Positions 53,341 to 64,000 of a stretch of 64,000 bases of DNA are shown piece by piece (within the stretch, counting starts at the first letter, position 1; each line of letters begins with the position of its first letter). Both the position numbers and the translations under genes were made by a program. The notes below the pieces were generated by a model. That model was given only the letters and a program-made list of their open reading frames with translations, made no database searches and had not been told where the DNA came from. The stretch spans positions 6,448,001 to 6,512,000 of the forward strand of contig JAGIQG010000014.1 of NCBI GenBank assembly GCA_024679065.1. Reading direction: 5' to 3'. The stretch comes from Sphyrna mokarran. Its lineage: Eukaryota.

Positions 53341-54309
53341 CAACACTAACTGCAGTTTGCACTTTGTTTTATTTTAGTGCATTACCGTCCTCACTTACGA
53401 AGATGAGGGGAATCCGAAGGCGAATCGGAAGTTAGAGATTTCACAGAATAGCCGTGCAAATGTACGCTCATCTACCCTTTGACTCGAACTGAGCTTCCTC
53501 CCCGTGACAAGGCGCGTTTTTCCTGTCTAGAATCTTCACGCTGACTCTTCATAAGGTCTGGTCCGATGCTGTAACCCTCAATACATCGTTCTTCTAAAGG
53601 CAGAACATTATCACTTCCCTTGCACCAAATTGCTGAATTCACCTATAACCGGAAGAAAAGGAACAACAATAGAAGTACATGTAGACATAAGTAGCGGAAA
53701 AACACAGCAAGGAGACCCCAGCATTAAAAAAAAACTCATTCACAAAGCTGATCAGTCCAGAGATTTCCACTTATTGGACGACCATTTCAACTCGGTTGTG
53801 AATCCTTTGGTGAATATAGAATCAGGACATGCAGATGCAAAGGACAAGCTCATCAGTCCTGGATGAACATTCTTCACAGTAGCTACTGCCACCTTTGCTT
53901 CAGAAACCATGCTTTGCCTCGGCTCTACGTTACTACCTTTAGATCAGAAACTGTCATAGAAAAGGGGAACGCAGGACTTCTTATATGTTGGTCGCATGCA
54001 TCAGGCGCAACTATCTATCTCAATTAATCATCATGCCTTTTTTTTGCACATTCACCTTGTACATTTATAAAAGGGGTGTCAAGTTCTTTTTTAAATTTTG
54101 GACCAACCGCATCCATGTTGGTCCAACTCCAACATCCCTAACGCTAAATGAATCATCAAGTTGCCAAAATCTGAACTTTTATCGAGCCGTGATTTATTAC
54201 TGAGAGAATCTCCTAGACTCCACGATTTCGGCCAATTCTGCAAACACCAAACACATGCGTATATAATTCAGCTGCAATTCACCCGTGATTGCATTCAAGG
54301 AAACATGGA

Positions 54310-54625
54310 ATGATAGAACCACTAAGGACGGAAAAGGCCATTCCGTCAATCGAATTTGCATCGACTCCAACAGTGTATCTTAACAAAGCTCTCCTATCCT
54401 TCCTATCCCCGTAAAACCACGCATTTTTTTCATGGCTAATCCATCTAATCTACAGATGATGGAGCAATTTCACATGGCCAATCCCCTAATCTGAACACCC
54501 TTTTGCTATGGGATGAAACCAGAACACCCAGATATTGCCAACACTAACATGGGCAAAAACCTGGCAAACGGTCAGAAATTCAACCAGTGTATCTGAATCT
54601 GTGAAGGAGCAGTGCTAACCATTGT
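54310..54625 (-). mobile_element. Degenerate HE1-type V-SINE
   Basis: Reverse of tail (AAAGGCCATTC), V-domain remnant (GGGATGAAACCAGAACACCC) and tRNA head (GCAGTGCTAACCATTGTGC). Confidence 0.65.
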
Positions 54626-54664
54626 GCAACTATATCGGTCACTCGATGTGGTATCCTCAGAATG

Positions 54665-54995
54665 ATAGAACACTTATAGTTCAGAAGTACGCCAGTTGGT
54701 CCATGGGTTTGGCATCGACCCTCCAACAGAGCACCCCAGCCAAGGTAACCCTTTGCACTAACTGCGAAATCCACATATTTACTCCACTAATTCCCATATC
54801 ATTGTTTATATTGGGACACTAAGGAACAATTCAGCATGGTCAATTCACCTAAACTGCACGCCTTTACATTGTGGGAGGAAATTGAAGCACCAGGAAGACA
54901 TTCACACAGACACAAGGAGAATGTGCAAACTTCACTCGAATGTCAACTAAGGCTGGAATCGACTACTGATCCCTGGGAGCTTGGGAACCGTGCTG
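54665..54995 (-). mobile_element. Degenerate HE1-type V-SINE (second, tandem)
   Basis: TGTGGGAGGAAATTGAAGCACCAGG...GGAGAATGTGCAAACT is the reverse V-domain. Confidence 0.7.
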
Positions 54996-55575
54996 GGAGA
55001 TACCGTATGACATCACAAAAACATACCTAACTTAAAGGAAATGTCTGATGGGCCTCTTTCATTTTCCTCAATGATTATGGCGCTTATACATCTAGCTCAG
55101 ATAAACAGCTGGATGATGGGTGGTAAGGGGCTGACCGACCCTGGCGAATACGGTTTCACTTCACACATTTTTGAACTTCCTCTGCTGGAAATGCTGCGCA
55201 ATTTTCTTCAAATCAGTTCTCTGTAATATCATTTTTGGCAAAAATCTATTGCAACCTCTCAAAGATGACGGTAGCCTTTGTAAACTTTATTAGTTGAACA
55301 TTCAGCTATTTAGAATGTACGTGAGCTGTCATGAGGAAGATTTATTCCATGAGCAGTCTTGCCCAGGGCGGATCCCACCATTCCCATGGATGCAAATTTG
55401 CTGGAAGTGGCAATGACTGCTGGACATCATATCTCGAACAATGACTGACCTTTGGTGGGGAGACAGAGGGAACTGGGAGTGGGAGAGAGATGAGCGACAG
55501 GGTAAGTCCAGAGGGTAGGAAGGAGGATCAGAGAGGGCCTGAGGGTCTTCAGTGCATGTGTTTTAATGCAGGAGT

Positions 55576-58454
55576 GTGACTGGAAAAACAGATGAACTGA
55601 AGGTAATAATGTTCACGAGGAAGTTAGAGGTGGTGGCGGTGACTGAGACGTGGATAAAGGAGGGGCAGGATTGGCAATTGAATATTCCAGGGTATATGTG
55701 TTTTAGGCATGACAGAGATGGTTTGAAGAGAGGAGGGGGAGTGGCGTTATTAGTTAAGGATCACATCATAGCAGTGCAGAGGGAGGGTGGTATGGATGAT
55801 TCAGGAATTGAGACGCTGTGGGTGGAGTTGAGGAATAGGATGGGAGAGGTTACTATGTTGGCTGTATACTACAGACCGCCCAACAGCCCGCGGGCCATGG
55901 AAGAAGGGATATGCAGGGACATTTTAGATAAGTGTAGGAAGAATAGGGTGGTTGTAGTGGGAGATTTCAATTTCCCCGGTGTAGATTGGAAGGTGCCCAG
56001 AGCGGAAGGTGCGGACGGGGAGGAATTTGTACCGTGTGTTTTGGAAGGGTCCTTGGAGCAGTATGTGGATCGCCCGACTAGAGAGGGGTCTATACTGGAT
56101 TTGGTTCTGGGGAATGAGCCAGGGCAGGTGGTTGACGTTGTAGTAGGAGAGCACGTGTCAAATAGTGACCACAACTCTGTCTGCTTTAGGATATCAATGG
56201 AAAAAGATGAAGTCTGCCTTAAGAGGAGGGTGTTAAACTGGGAGAGGGCTAGATACAGCCAGATTAGGCAGGATCTTAAGGATACCGACTGGGATAAGCT
56301 GTTCGAGGGTAGGTCGACGCTGTACATGTGGGAGTCTTTCAAGGGAAAACTAAAATCTTTGCAGGAATGTCACATGCCAGTAAGGAGGAAGGATGGGAAA
56401 GGTAGGATTAGAGAACCGTGGGTTACTAGGGATATTGAGGACTTGGTCAGGAAGAAGCGGGAGGCGTACGTTAGATCTAGGCAACTGGGGACAGAGACAG
56501 CGCTGGAAGAATATAGAGAGTGTAGACGGGATGTTAAAAGGGGTGTCAGAAAGGCACAAAGGGGCCATGAAATGGCTTTGACAGATAGGATTAAGGAAAA
56601 TCCTAAGGCATTGTACTCCTATGTAAGGAGCAAAAGAATGGTTAGAGGGAAGATTGGACCTCTCAGGGACAGAGGAGGTGAAGTATGCTTAGAGCCTGAG
56701 GGAATGGGGGAGATCTTGAATGAATACTTTGCGTCGGTATTCACGCGGGAGAGGGATCTGATGTTCCGTTAAAGGAAATAATCGTTACGAGGGAAGAGGT
56801 GTTGGGGCTTTTAGGCAGCATAAAGACTTATAAAGCTCCGGGGCCTGATGGCATTTACCCCAGGCTGCTAAGGGAGGTGAGAGATGACCTTGCTGGGCCT
56901 CTGACGCAAATCTTTGTCTCTTCTTTGGACACAGGTGAGGTCCCAGAGGACTGGAGGATAGCAAATGTAGTACCGTTGTTTAAAAAGGGTCAGAGGGATA
57001 ACCCAGGGAATTATAGGCCAGTGAGCTTGACTTCAGTTATAGGTAAACTAATGGAGAGGATCCTCAGGGATAGGATGTATGAGCATCTGGAGCACTGCAA
57101 TCTGATCAGGGATACGCAGCATGGCTTCGTTAAGGGGACGTCGTGCCTTACGAATCTAGTGGAAATTTTTGAAGAGGGGACAAAAACAGTTGATGAAGGA
57201 CAAGCTGTTGATGTCTTCTACATGGATTTCAGTAAGGCGTTTGACAAGGTTCCTCATGGTAGGCTGATAGAAAAGTTGAAGGCGCATGGGTTACAGGGCC
57301 AGGTATGTAGATGGGCTGAGAACTGGCTTGGGAGAAGGAGACAGCGGGTAGTAGTGGAAGGCTCTTGTTCCAACTGGAGGTCTGTCACTAGTGGTGTGCC
57401 ACAGGGCTCAGTAGTAGGACCTCTTCTATTTGTGGTTTATATAAATGACATGGAAGAGGGGGTAGATGGTGTGATCAGCAAATTTGCTGATGACACTGAG
57501 ATGCTTGGATTGGCGGGAACTGAGGAGCAGTGCCAGGCAATACAACAGGACATAGATAGGCTGGTAGATTGGGCAGATAGATGGCAAATGGAATTTAATC
57601 CGGATAAATGCGAGGTGATGCATTTTGGCCGGAATAATGTAGAGGGGAGTTATAGGATAAAAGGTAAAACTATCCGGAGTATAGAGACGCAGAGACACCT
57701 GGGGGTGCAGGTTCACAAGTCTCTGAAAGTGTCAGTACAGGTGGAGAATGTGATAAAGAAAGCGTATGGTATGTTAGCCTTCATAGGAAGGGGTATAGAA
57801 TACAAGAGTAGGAGTCTGATGTTGCAAGTATATAGAACGTTGGTTAGGCCTCACTTGGAGTACTGCGTCCAGTTCTGGTCGCCGTACTACCGGAAGGATG
57901 TGGAGGCCCTGGAGAGAGTGCAGAGGAGATTTACCAGGATGCTGCCTGGTATGGAAGGTCTGTCTTACGAGGAAAGATTGAACACACTGGGGTTGTTTTC
58001 CCTTGAAAGACGTCGGCTGAGAGGGGATCTATTAGAGGTATATAAGGTTATGAGGGGTATAGATAGAGTAAATGGTGGTAAGCTTTTTCCACCATTAGAA
58101 ATGAATAGAACGAGAGGTCACGGCCTTAGGGTGAGGGGGGCTATGTATAAGACGAATATTAGAGGGCAGTTTTTCACACAAAGGGTAGTGAGGGTGTGGA
58201 ATGCACTACCGAGTAAGGTGGTGGGAGCAGGTTCGCTAGGGTTGTTTAAGGGTCTCTTGGACAGCCATATGAGCGGTCTACAGGTAGAGGGATATAGCAG
58301 GACTGTCGAAATATCTTATTTGTTTCCAGAGGTTATTCGGTCCATGCATTCGGCAGGTCGTGCGAGGGCTGCTCTTGGATGTTGCTTCAGGAGTGGCCTA
58401 GTGCTTCACGTCGTTAGTGTATGCTTAAACTGGACCATCAGATGGGCAACATGA
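55576..58454 (+). pseudogene. Disrupted CR1 ORF2 (ORFs 55576..56772 EN and 56799..58454 RT)
   Basis: Two consecutive ORFs in different frames make up one canonical ORF2. Confidence 0.9.
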
Positions 58455-58727
58455 CAGCTCAGAGACTATCGCTGTTGCTGTGCAGACACATGGATTTGGG
58501 CCTGTGTCTGCGGGAGTTTGCGCGTTCTCCCCGTGGTTGCGTGGGTTTTCTCCGGGTGCTCCGGTTTCCTCCCACATCCCAAAAATGTGCTCTTAGGCTG
58601 ATTGGGTAACAAATTTTCCCTATATTGGTCCCTATATGTCATTAAGACGTTAGGACGGCGGCGGGGGCTCGTTGGGCCGAAGGGCCTGTTTCCCGTGCTC
58701 TGTTGCTCTTTGTTCTTTGTTCTTTAT
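58444..58727 (+). mobile_element. HE1-type V-SINE moiety forming the end of the CR1
   Basis: Degenerate head without GTTCRA B box, V-domain ~58510-58590, stem-loop tail GGGCCGAAGGGCCTGTT. Confidence 0.85.
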
Positions 58728-60269
58728 TTTGATTTCTTTATTCATGCCCAGCCACCAAATGTAATTTCTGGCAAGGGCGTTTTCACTTTACTTTGCCTGG
58801 GGAGAGAGACCTGCAGTCAATTCCAGCAAAAATAGTCGACAGAATAAGATTGTATCCTCTCATGTTATCTCCAAACTATGGTACAGGAAAGGTCTAATTT
58901 GCGCTATTGTAGCGCCATTTTGCATCGTATGTCTCCTATCACTTAAGAACACTGAGTCCATGTCGGTCTTACTGTTTTTTTATATATGAGTAACTTGGAC
59001 TAATCGACTCTCCTCATGTTCAGTACCAGCACTATTTCTTATGATGCAGCGGTGACAGTTCACACTGACAGGGAGGCTGCTGAGAGAATCCACATTTATT
59101 AATTGCGTTCCTGCTTTATTCTGGAAAGGGTAGCTGTATTTAGATAGCAATAATGGCCACCTCATATCTTCGCAGAGGCAGCTGGTGGCTTTAGCTTATC
59201 CTATCGAGGAAAACCCAACCAAGACTAGTGTTATCTTAATTGTTTACCGTGCAGATGCAGATAAAATTTCATTAGTGCATACATTGCTACCAAATGTTTG
59301 ATTGACAAACAGAGAACATGTTCTCAGCAGCTGATGTTGCCATTGACACAAATGCGACTGCTACCTCCTGCCATCCACATGGTGAAAAATCCCTATCAAT
59401 AGTTTGATGGGATCACATTCTTCAATAGTGCTGACAACTGTAAATGAAGCCGATGCATAAATTCATGAGCATGCAAAGTGCAACTCTCGTCTTTCAAACG
59501 GACGCTCATTTCATTAAAAAACCTCTTCTCATTTTGCCCCTTCCTCATGCTGGGACGCTCCCGTGATTAGCAAGTCATCCCAGTACATCACAAGTTGAGA
59601 AACGCCCTCCAATGAAGTTTACAACATTTGTTCGAAATAGCACAGTCCAAAATGCCCCAACACGTATGGTTGTATACCAATATCATGCTTTATATGATAT
59701 AATGGGATTTGGTGCTAACTTATGACCTGGAATCTTCAGCGAAAGCCATCTGCTGAATGGCGTGACTGATTTCTAACCAGGTACACTAAATGTTCGCTGC
59801 TGAATGGGCATAGCTATCGTCAATTATGAGAAAGGTGTATCTACCTATCTCAGATTGTTAGTTCACAGTTCATTTATAATGCCCACGTGCTGTTACAGTG
59901 AGTTTTTTTTTAATACGGAGTATGCGCACACAGCACATTCAGAAAACTGTAGAGCTCTTACGACACCTGAAGGTTCCGATCTTCACAAGTCCACTTCTGT
60001 CTTATCACCGAGGGCATACAGCATTGTGCAGACACGAAAAAAAGTAGAAATTGCCTGGGCATTCAAATAATTATGACTTTCACCCTTTTATTCTTACTGA
60101 TTCCTTCCGGAAAAACGCTGAGCGCCTGTAAAGTAGCTGCTGAAATGTTCCATTCCGATTGTTTAGTATCTCGTCGACATAATTTTATTTGCTTCAACTA
60201 CCCTTTACTTCTGACACTGGATCTGTGATTCTCAATGACTCAACAAGTAAATGTGCTGTTTAAACTTTG

Positions 60270-61400
60270 GTTAGGGTGCTGTAACATTAGCTGACCCTAC
60301 CGTCTTCAACGAGGTGATCTTTTCCCGTCAAATCTGCTTTAAATCTCCTGTCCCTTAGTTTAAATCTTTGGCCGCCTGGTTACTCACCCCTCTTATCAGG
60401 AGAAACATTCTGTCCTTTTTACCCTATAGATATCCCCCATTTTTTTTACACCTCTGTCATGTCACCTCTCAGCACTCTCTATTACAGCCCCAACTTACTA
60501 GCCGCTCTTTATAGCTAAAGTACGCTAGGCCAGGCAAGAAACTGGTGAACATCCCCTGCACCCTTACTTATGCGGTCACGTCGTTCTTATAGTGCGCTAG
60601 CCAATATTACAAACAATATGCTAACTATGGACTAACGGGCGTTTTTTTTTTCAGTACATACCAACCTTTTATTCAACATGCAAATCTTGTATTCAGGCAA
60701 TCGTCTATGTTCTGCATTTAGTTTGTTAATCGCTGAAGCCCAAACATTTTTACATTTGGTACTCCAACTATTGTGGCAAGCCAACTTGTAAATGTATCTT
60801 CTTTCCTATTCAATGATTTTTTTCTCTATTTTTAATTCCCAATTCGTCTTAATGTGTTAAACCATATCCCATACATTTTAATAGTGAGTTAAAACTCTTG
60901 GGGCTATTTTAGTGAATGCTTCCTGGCAATCCAAATGCAGCACACTTACTTGTTTCCACCTTATCTTTCTTCCTAAACATATCCTCAATAATCGCTCCGA
61001 AGAAGTGATTTTCGAAGAAGCGAAGAAGAAGCGAAGAAGAGCAGGAAATTTTTCTTGCTCCGTTTTTTCTTCATAAGTTCTATGATTTTCATAGCATCTA
61101 AATTCAATTTTGCCTAGCAGTGATGTAAAGCTATCTGACCTGCAGTTTCCCTTTATCTCCCTGGGATCTTCTTAAATAACGGGATTAAGACCATTATTAC
61201 AATCATTGCGAACACTTCGACAATCCAATTAATTCTAAAAGAGTAAATGCAATTCAAACTCTACCTCGTTGATACCTCATTAGAAAACGCTGAACAGTCA
61301 TTCGAACACTTTGTTCCCGCCAATCCCAAGGATCCCTGCAGTAGTGTTTCCTTGTTGATGCTAATACCGGAATTCCTTAGTTTTAGTAGATATTTGCTTT
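60270..61400 (-). mobile_element. Old, heavily degraded CR1 fragments
   Basis: Reverse-strand CR1 ORF2-like motifs (GTCACCTCTCAGC, AGGCAAGAAACTGGTGAAC, CTGCAGTTTCCC); no long ORF. Confidence 0.55.
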
Positions 61401-62337
61401 CACATTGCCTTTGAGTTGATTCTGAACGTTCGCTTAAACTCCCGTTCACCTTTGTCTAATGGCTACTGTCGCGATTTTCTTCTCCTTATCTATTTTCAAG
61501 AAACATTTACAGATAATTTGTGCACTAGGTTTTGAAGTATATTCTGTTTAATTTATCCTTAACAATTGTTGATCACATTTTCTTGAACGCTGAAATCTTC
61601 TTCAGTTTTGCAACTCCATTTGGCGATGTAATCGTATCATTGACTATTCTTGATAGTCAGGTTCAATGTTACTTATCTCATAGGAGGTGTTGTGTCTGAA
61701 ATGAATGTATATGTATTTAAAATTGTGTGCTAACTATTTTATGGTTGTAATTTCGTGTCTACAAACATTTAGTTTCAAATGCTCTATCAAATTCTTCATT
61801 TGAGATCTCATAGTCCAGTACTACGCCATTTGCTAAGATGGGGTTTATGGCGCCAGACTCAGAGGTAGCTAAATCACATTTCAACACAAAGCAAATTGCT
61901 ATCATATTAATTGCAGTTTTCCTAAGAAACAAATCTATTTTAAGATTACCCCTGAAGCTTTCGTTTTTACAAACCACGGTAGACTTTCTCTGCTTGGTTT
62001 GCCTGTACACTATTTTATAAGACTATCTTGAACGAATTTCATTAAATTTATGAATGAGGTATATTTCCTCTGGAACCTCTTTCTGTTTATCACTTCTATC
62101 GACAGGAGGTTTCCTGATTGACATGTTCAAGTTTGTCACTGAGGTTTTGAATGGACCAAAGTAGAACAGTGTTTTGTTTGTTTACTGACTGTCACTCACG
62201 GCAGGTATTGTGCAAGCGGTATTTTTTTTTCTCTCAGCTGCGCATGGATTGTTCTATAAAGGAGGACTGGGAGAGCTCGCAGAAACTTTCTAATGGGAGC
62301 TGTAAAACGGAAGACACAGCGAAAAATATTGGAAACA

Positions 62338-62407
62338 ATGGAATGGCCGTTAATTCTACAGATCAAGGATATTTACTATCCCGTGCTCGTCGCCATTGGT
62401 ACACCAG
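62338..62407 (+). CDS. Coding exon 1 of a fifth, divergent GPR139-like paralog (MEWPLILQIKDIYYPVLVAIGTP); exon 2 not in window
   Basis: Same 70-bp length and phase as exon 1 of copies 1-4; PLILQI, YPVL and GTP conserved; donor CAG|GCAAGT. Confidence 0.8.
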
Positions 62408-63039
62408 GCAAGTCAGTATATCCTGCTGCTGAATAGGTGCTTAATATGTCATTGTTAATGGTTCTGTATTGAAGAGAGAATGTGTTTGCAGAGTCATTTT
62501 ATTTCTAGCGAGTTAGCGTAGTGAACATTAACGCAATTCGGAGCCCACACAGCCTCTGAGACGTTCTGCTGCTCGGCAGAATGAGGAACCTCGACTTTGC
62601 TGCCTGTAATAAAATGAGTGAAATCCCCACCACTCTAGAAGTATAATAAATCACAAAGGAATGTGTTTTGATTTATTATTTCAAGGTATTGGAGCGGCGT
62701 TGACATGACAAGGATTCGTTACCCACTTTCAATTGATGAGTAGATGATGACGATCTTTGTATTTACCCATTGATTTCTTTGACCTCTGATTACAGCCCCT
62801 TAATAATTATTCATAGAATAATTACGGTTATGAGACTTTGATTTTTTTTGACACACATTTTGTTTGTTCCCATGCCAATTCCGGTTCCACTAGTTCACTT
62901 TCAGCTCACGCTCTTCTCCCGCTTCTCCCTCTCGTACATTATAAAGGGAAAGAGAGAAGTGTTTCAAATGATATTCAATTACCTAAAGTGAAGGTTTTAT
63001 TTGAATGGATATAGAACAACCACCAAGGAACAGCGAAAG

Positions 63040-63810
63040 GTACAGCGTAGCAACGGGCCCGTCAGCCCTCCAAGCCTGTGCTGATCAAGCATATGCACTG
63101 AATCATTCCGTTCACATTATCTTCATGTATTAGTCTCGTCGCCCCTTAAATGCTCCTCCCATCACATCCCTGGCCAGCGCGTTCCAGACATTCAATACAC
63201 TCACTGTAAAAAAAATGCCTCATTCATCTCCTCTGAAAATTTCCTCGTACATGTGAAACCCAAATCCCCGAGTACTTGACTTCTTTGCCCCAGAAAAGAG
63301 GTTCGGACTCTCCACTCTGTCCATGCCACTCATAATCATGTAAACTTCTATCATGTCACCCCTCAACGTTCATCTTTCCACTGAGAACAAACTGTTTATC
63401 AAATCTCTCCTCACAGCTAATGCCCTTCAGGCCAGACATCATCCTCGTAAACCTCTTCAGTACCGCCTCTAAAGCATCCACATCCTTCCGGTAGTGTGGC
63501 GACCAGAATTGTAGACAATGTTCTAAATGACGTCTAACTATTGTTCTGTATAGCTGCAGCATGACATGGGTATTCATTTAATGAACGACGCGATCAATGA
63601 AGGCAAACATGTCATATGCCTTTTTGAGTATCCACCTGTACTGCAGTTTAGTGATCGATGGACTTATATCCCAGGTCTCTCTGCATGTCAATATTCAAAG
63701 AACAAAGAACTCGTGAGGGTTCTACCATTTACTGTATAATCCTAACATGCATTGGATTTTCCAAAATGCATCATCTCACGCTTGTCCGGATTAAACTTAC
63801 ATTTCCAGTT
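63040..63810 (-). mobile_element. Degraded CR1 3' fragment
   Basis: ORF 63356..63577 MLQLYRTIVRRHLEHCLQFWSPHYRKDV; tail-like sequence near 63040-63090. Confidence 0.85.
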
Positions 63811-64000
63811 ACTATGTGAGAATTTTGTTGAATGCTATGTCTCTCTATTTTTGCCGCTGGTTTTCAAATAGATTAAGCGAATTACACGTAAAATTGTATA
63901 ATTTGTTCCATTCATCTCCTGTGGCTACATCGAAACATGGCTCCCTGGATCATACTGTACATGTTTCAGGAGGGATGTTCTTCCCACCCTGAACAGCATA

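Larger units (their letters stand above)
55453..58727 (+). mobile_element. 5'-truncated CR1 LINE: ORF2 (APE endonuclease + RT) with frameshifts at ~55570 and ~56765; 3' UTR contains a V-SINE
   Basis: EN motifs VTETW, RGGGVAL, YYRPPNS, GDFNFP, SDHN; RT motifs MDFSKAFDKVPH, SGVPQGS, KFADD; no ORF1; (TTCTTTG)n tail. Confidence 0.95.

Noticed and set aside
55576-58454. Active autonomous LINE or two separate genes
   Set aside because: No ORF1 or 5' UTR and at least two frameshifts; overlapping minus ORFs are shadows.
59148-59195. Degenerate exon 2 start (LRRGS-C-G resembling LAKGNCGL)
   Set aside because: Needs a frameshift and similarity does not continue into TM2.
61012-61042. (GAAGAAGC)n purine run
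   Set aside because: Ordinary short low-complexity repeat within degraded LINE DNA.

Overview
Vertebrate genomic DNA, almost certainly a cartilaginous fish (shark-type CR1 LINEs with (TTCTATG)n/(TTCTTTG)n tails, HE1-type V-SINEs). Positions 1 to ~50,660 are a head-to-tail segmental-duplication array of four ~11-14 kb units. Each unit carries one intact two-exon GPR139/GPR142-like class A GPCR gene (70-bp coding exon 1 missed by the ORF track, phase-1 intron, 932-bp exon 2, 333 aa), a fossil hAT transposase and a degenerate 19-bp minisatellite downstream of the stop; three units also carry a tRNA-Thr pseudogene. The unique right flank holds old SINEs/LINEs, a 5'-truncated frameshifted CR1 (~55.45-58.73 kb) and, at 62,338, the first coding exon of a fifth, more distant paralog with a GC splice donor. 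Most notable: the diversifying orphan receptor cluster, and a CR1 lineage whose 3' UTR appears to contain a whole captured HE1-type SINE that travels with it. All alignments were done by eye; repeat boundaries are approximate.
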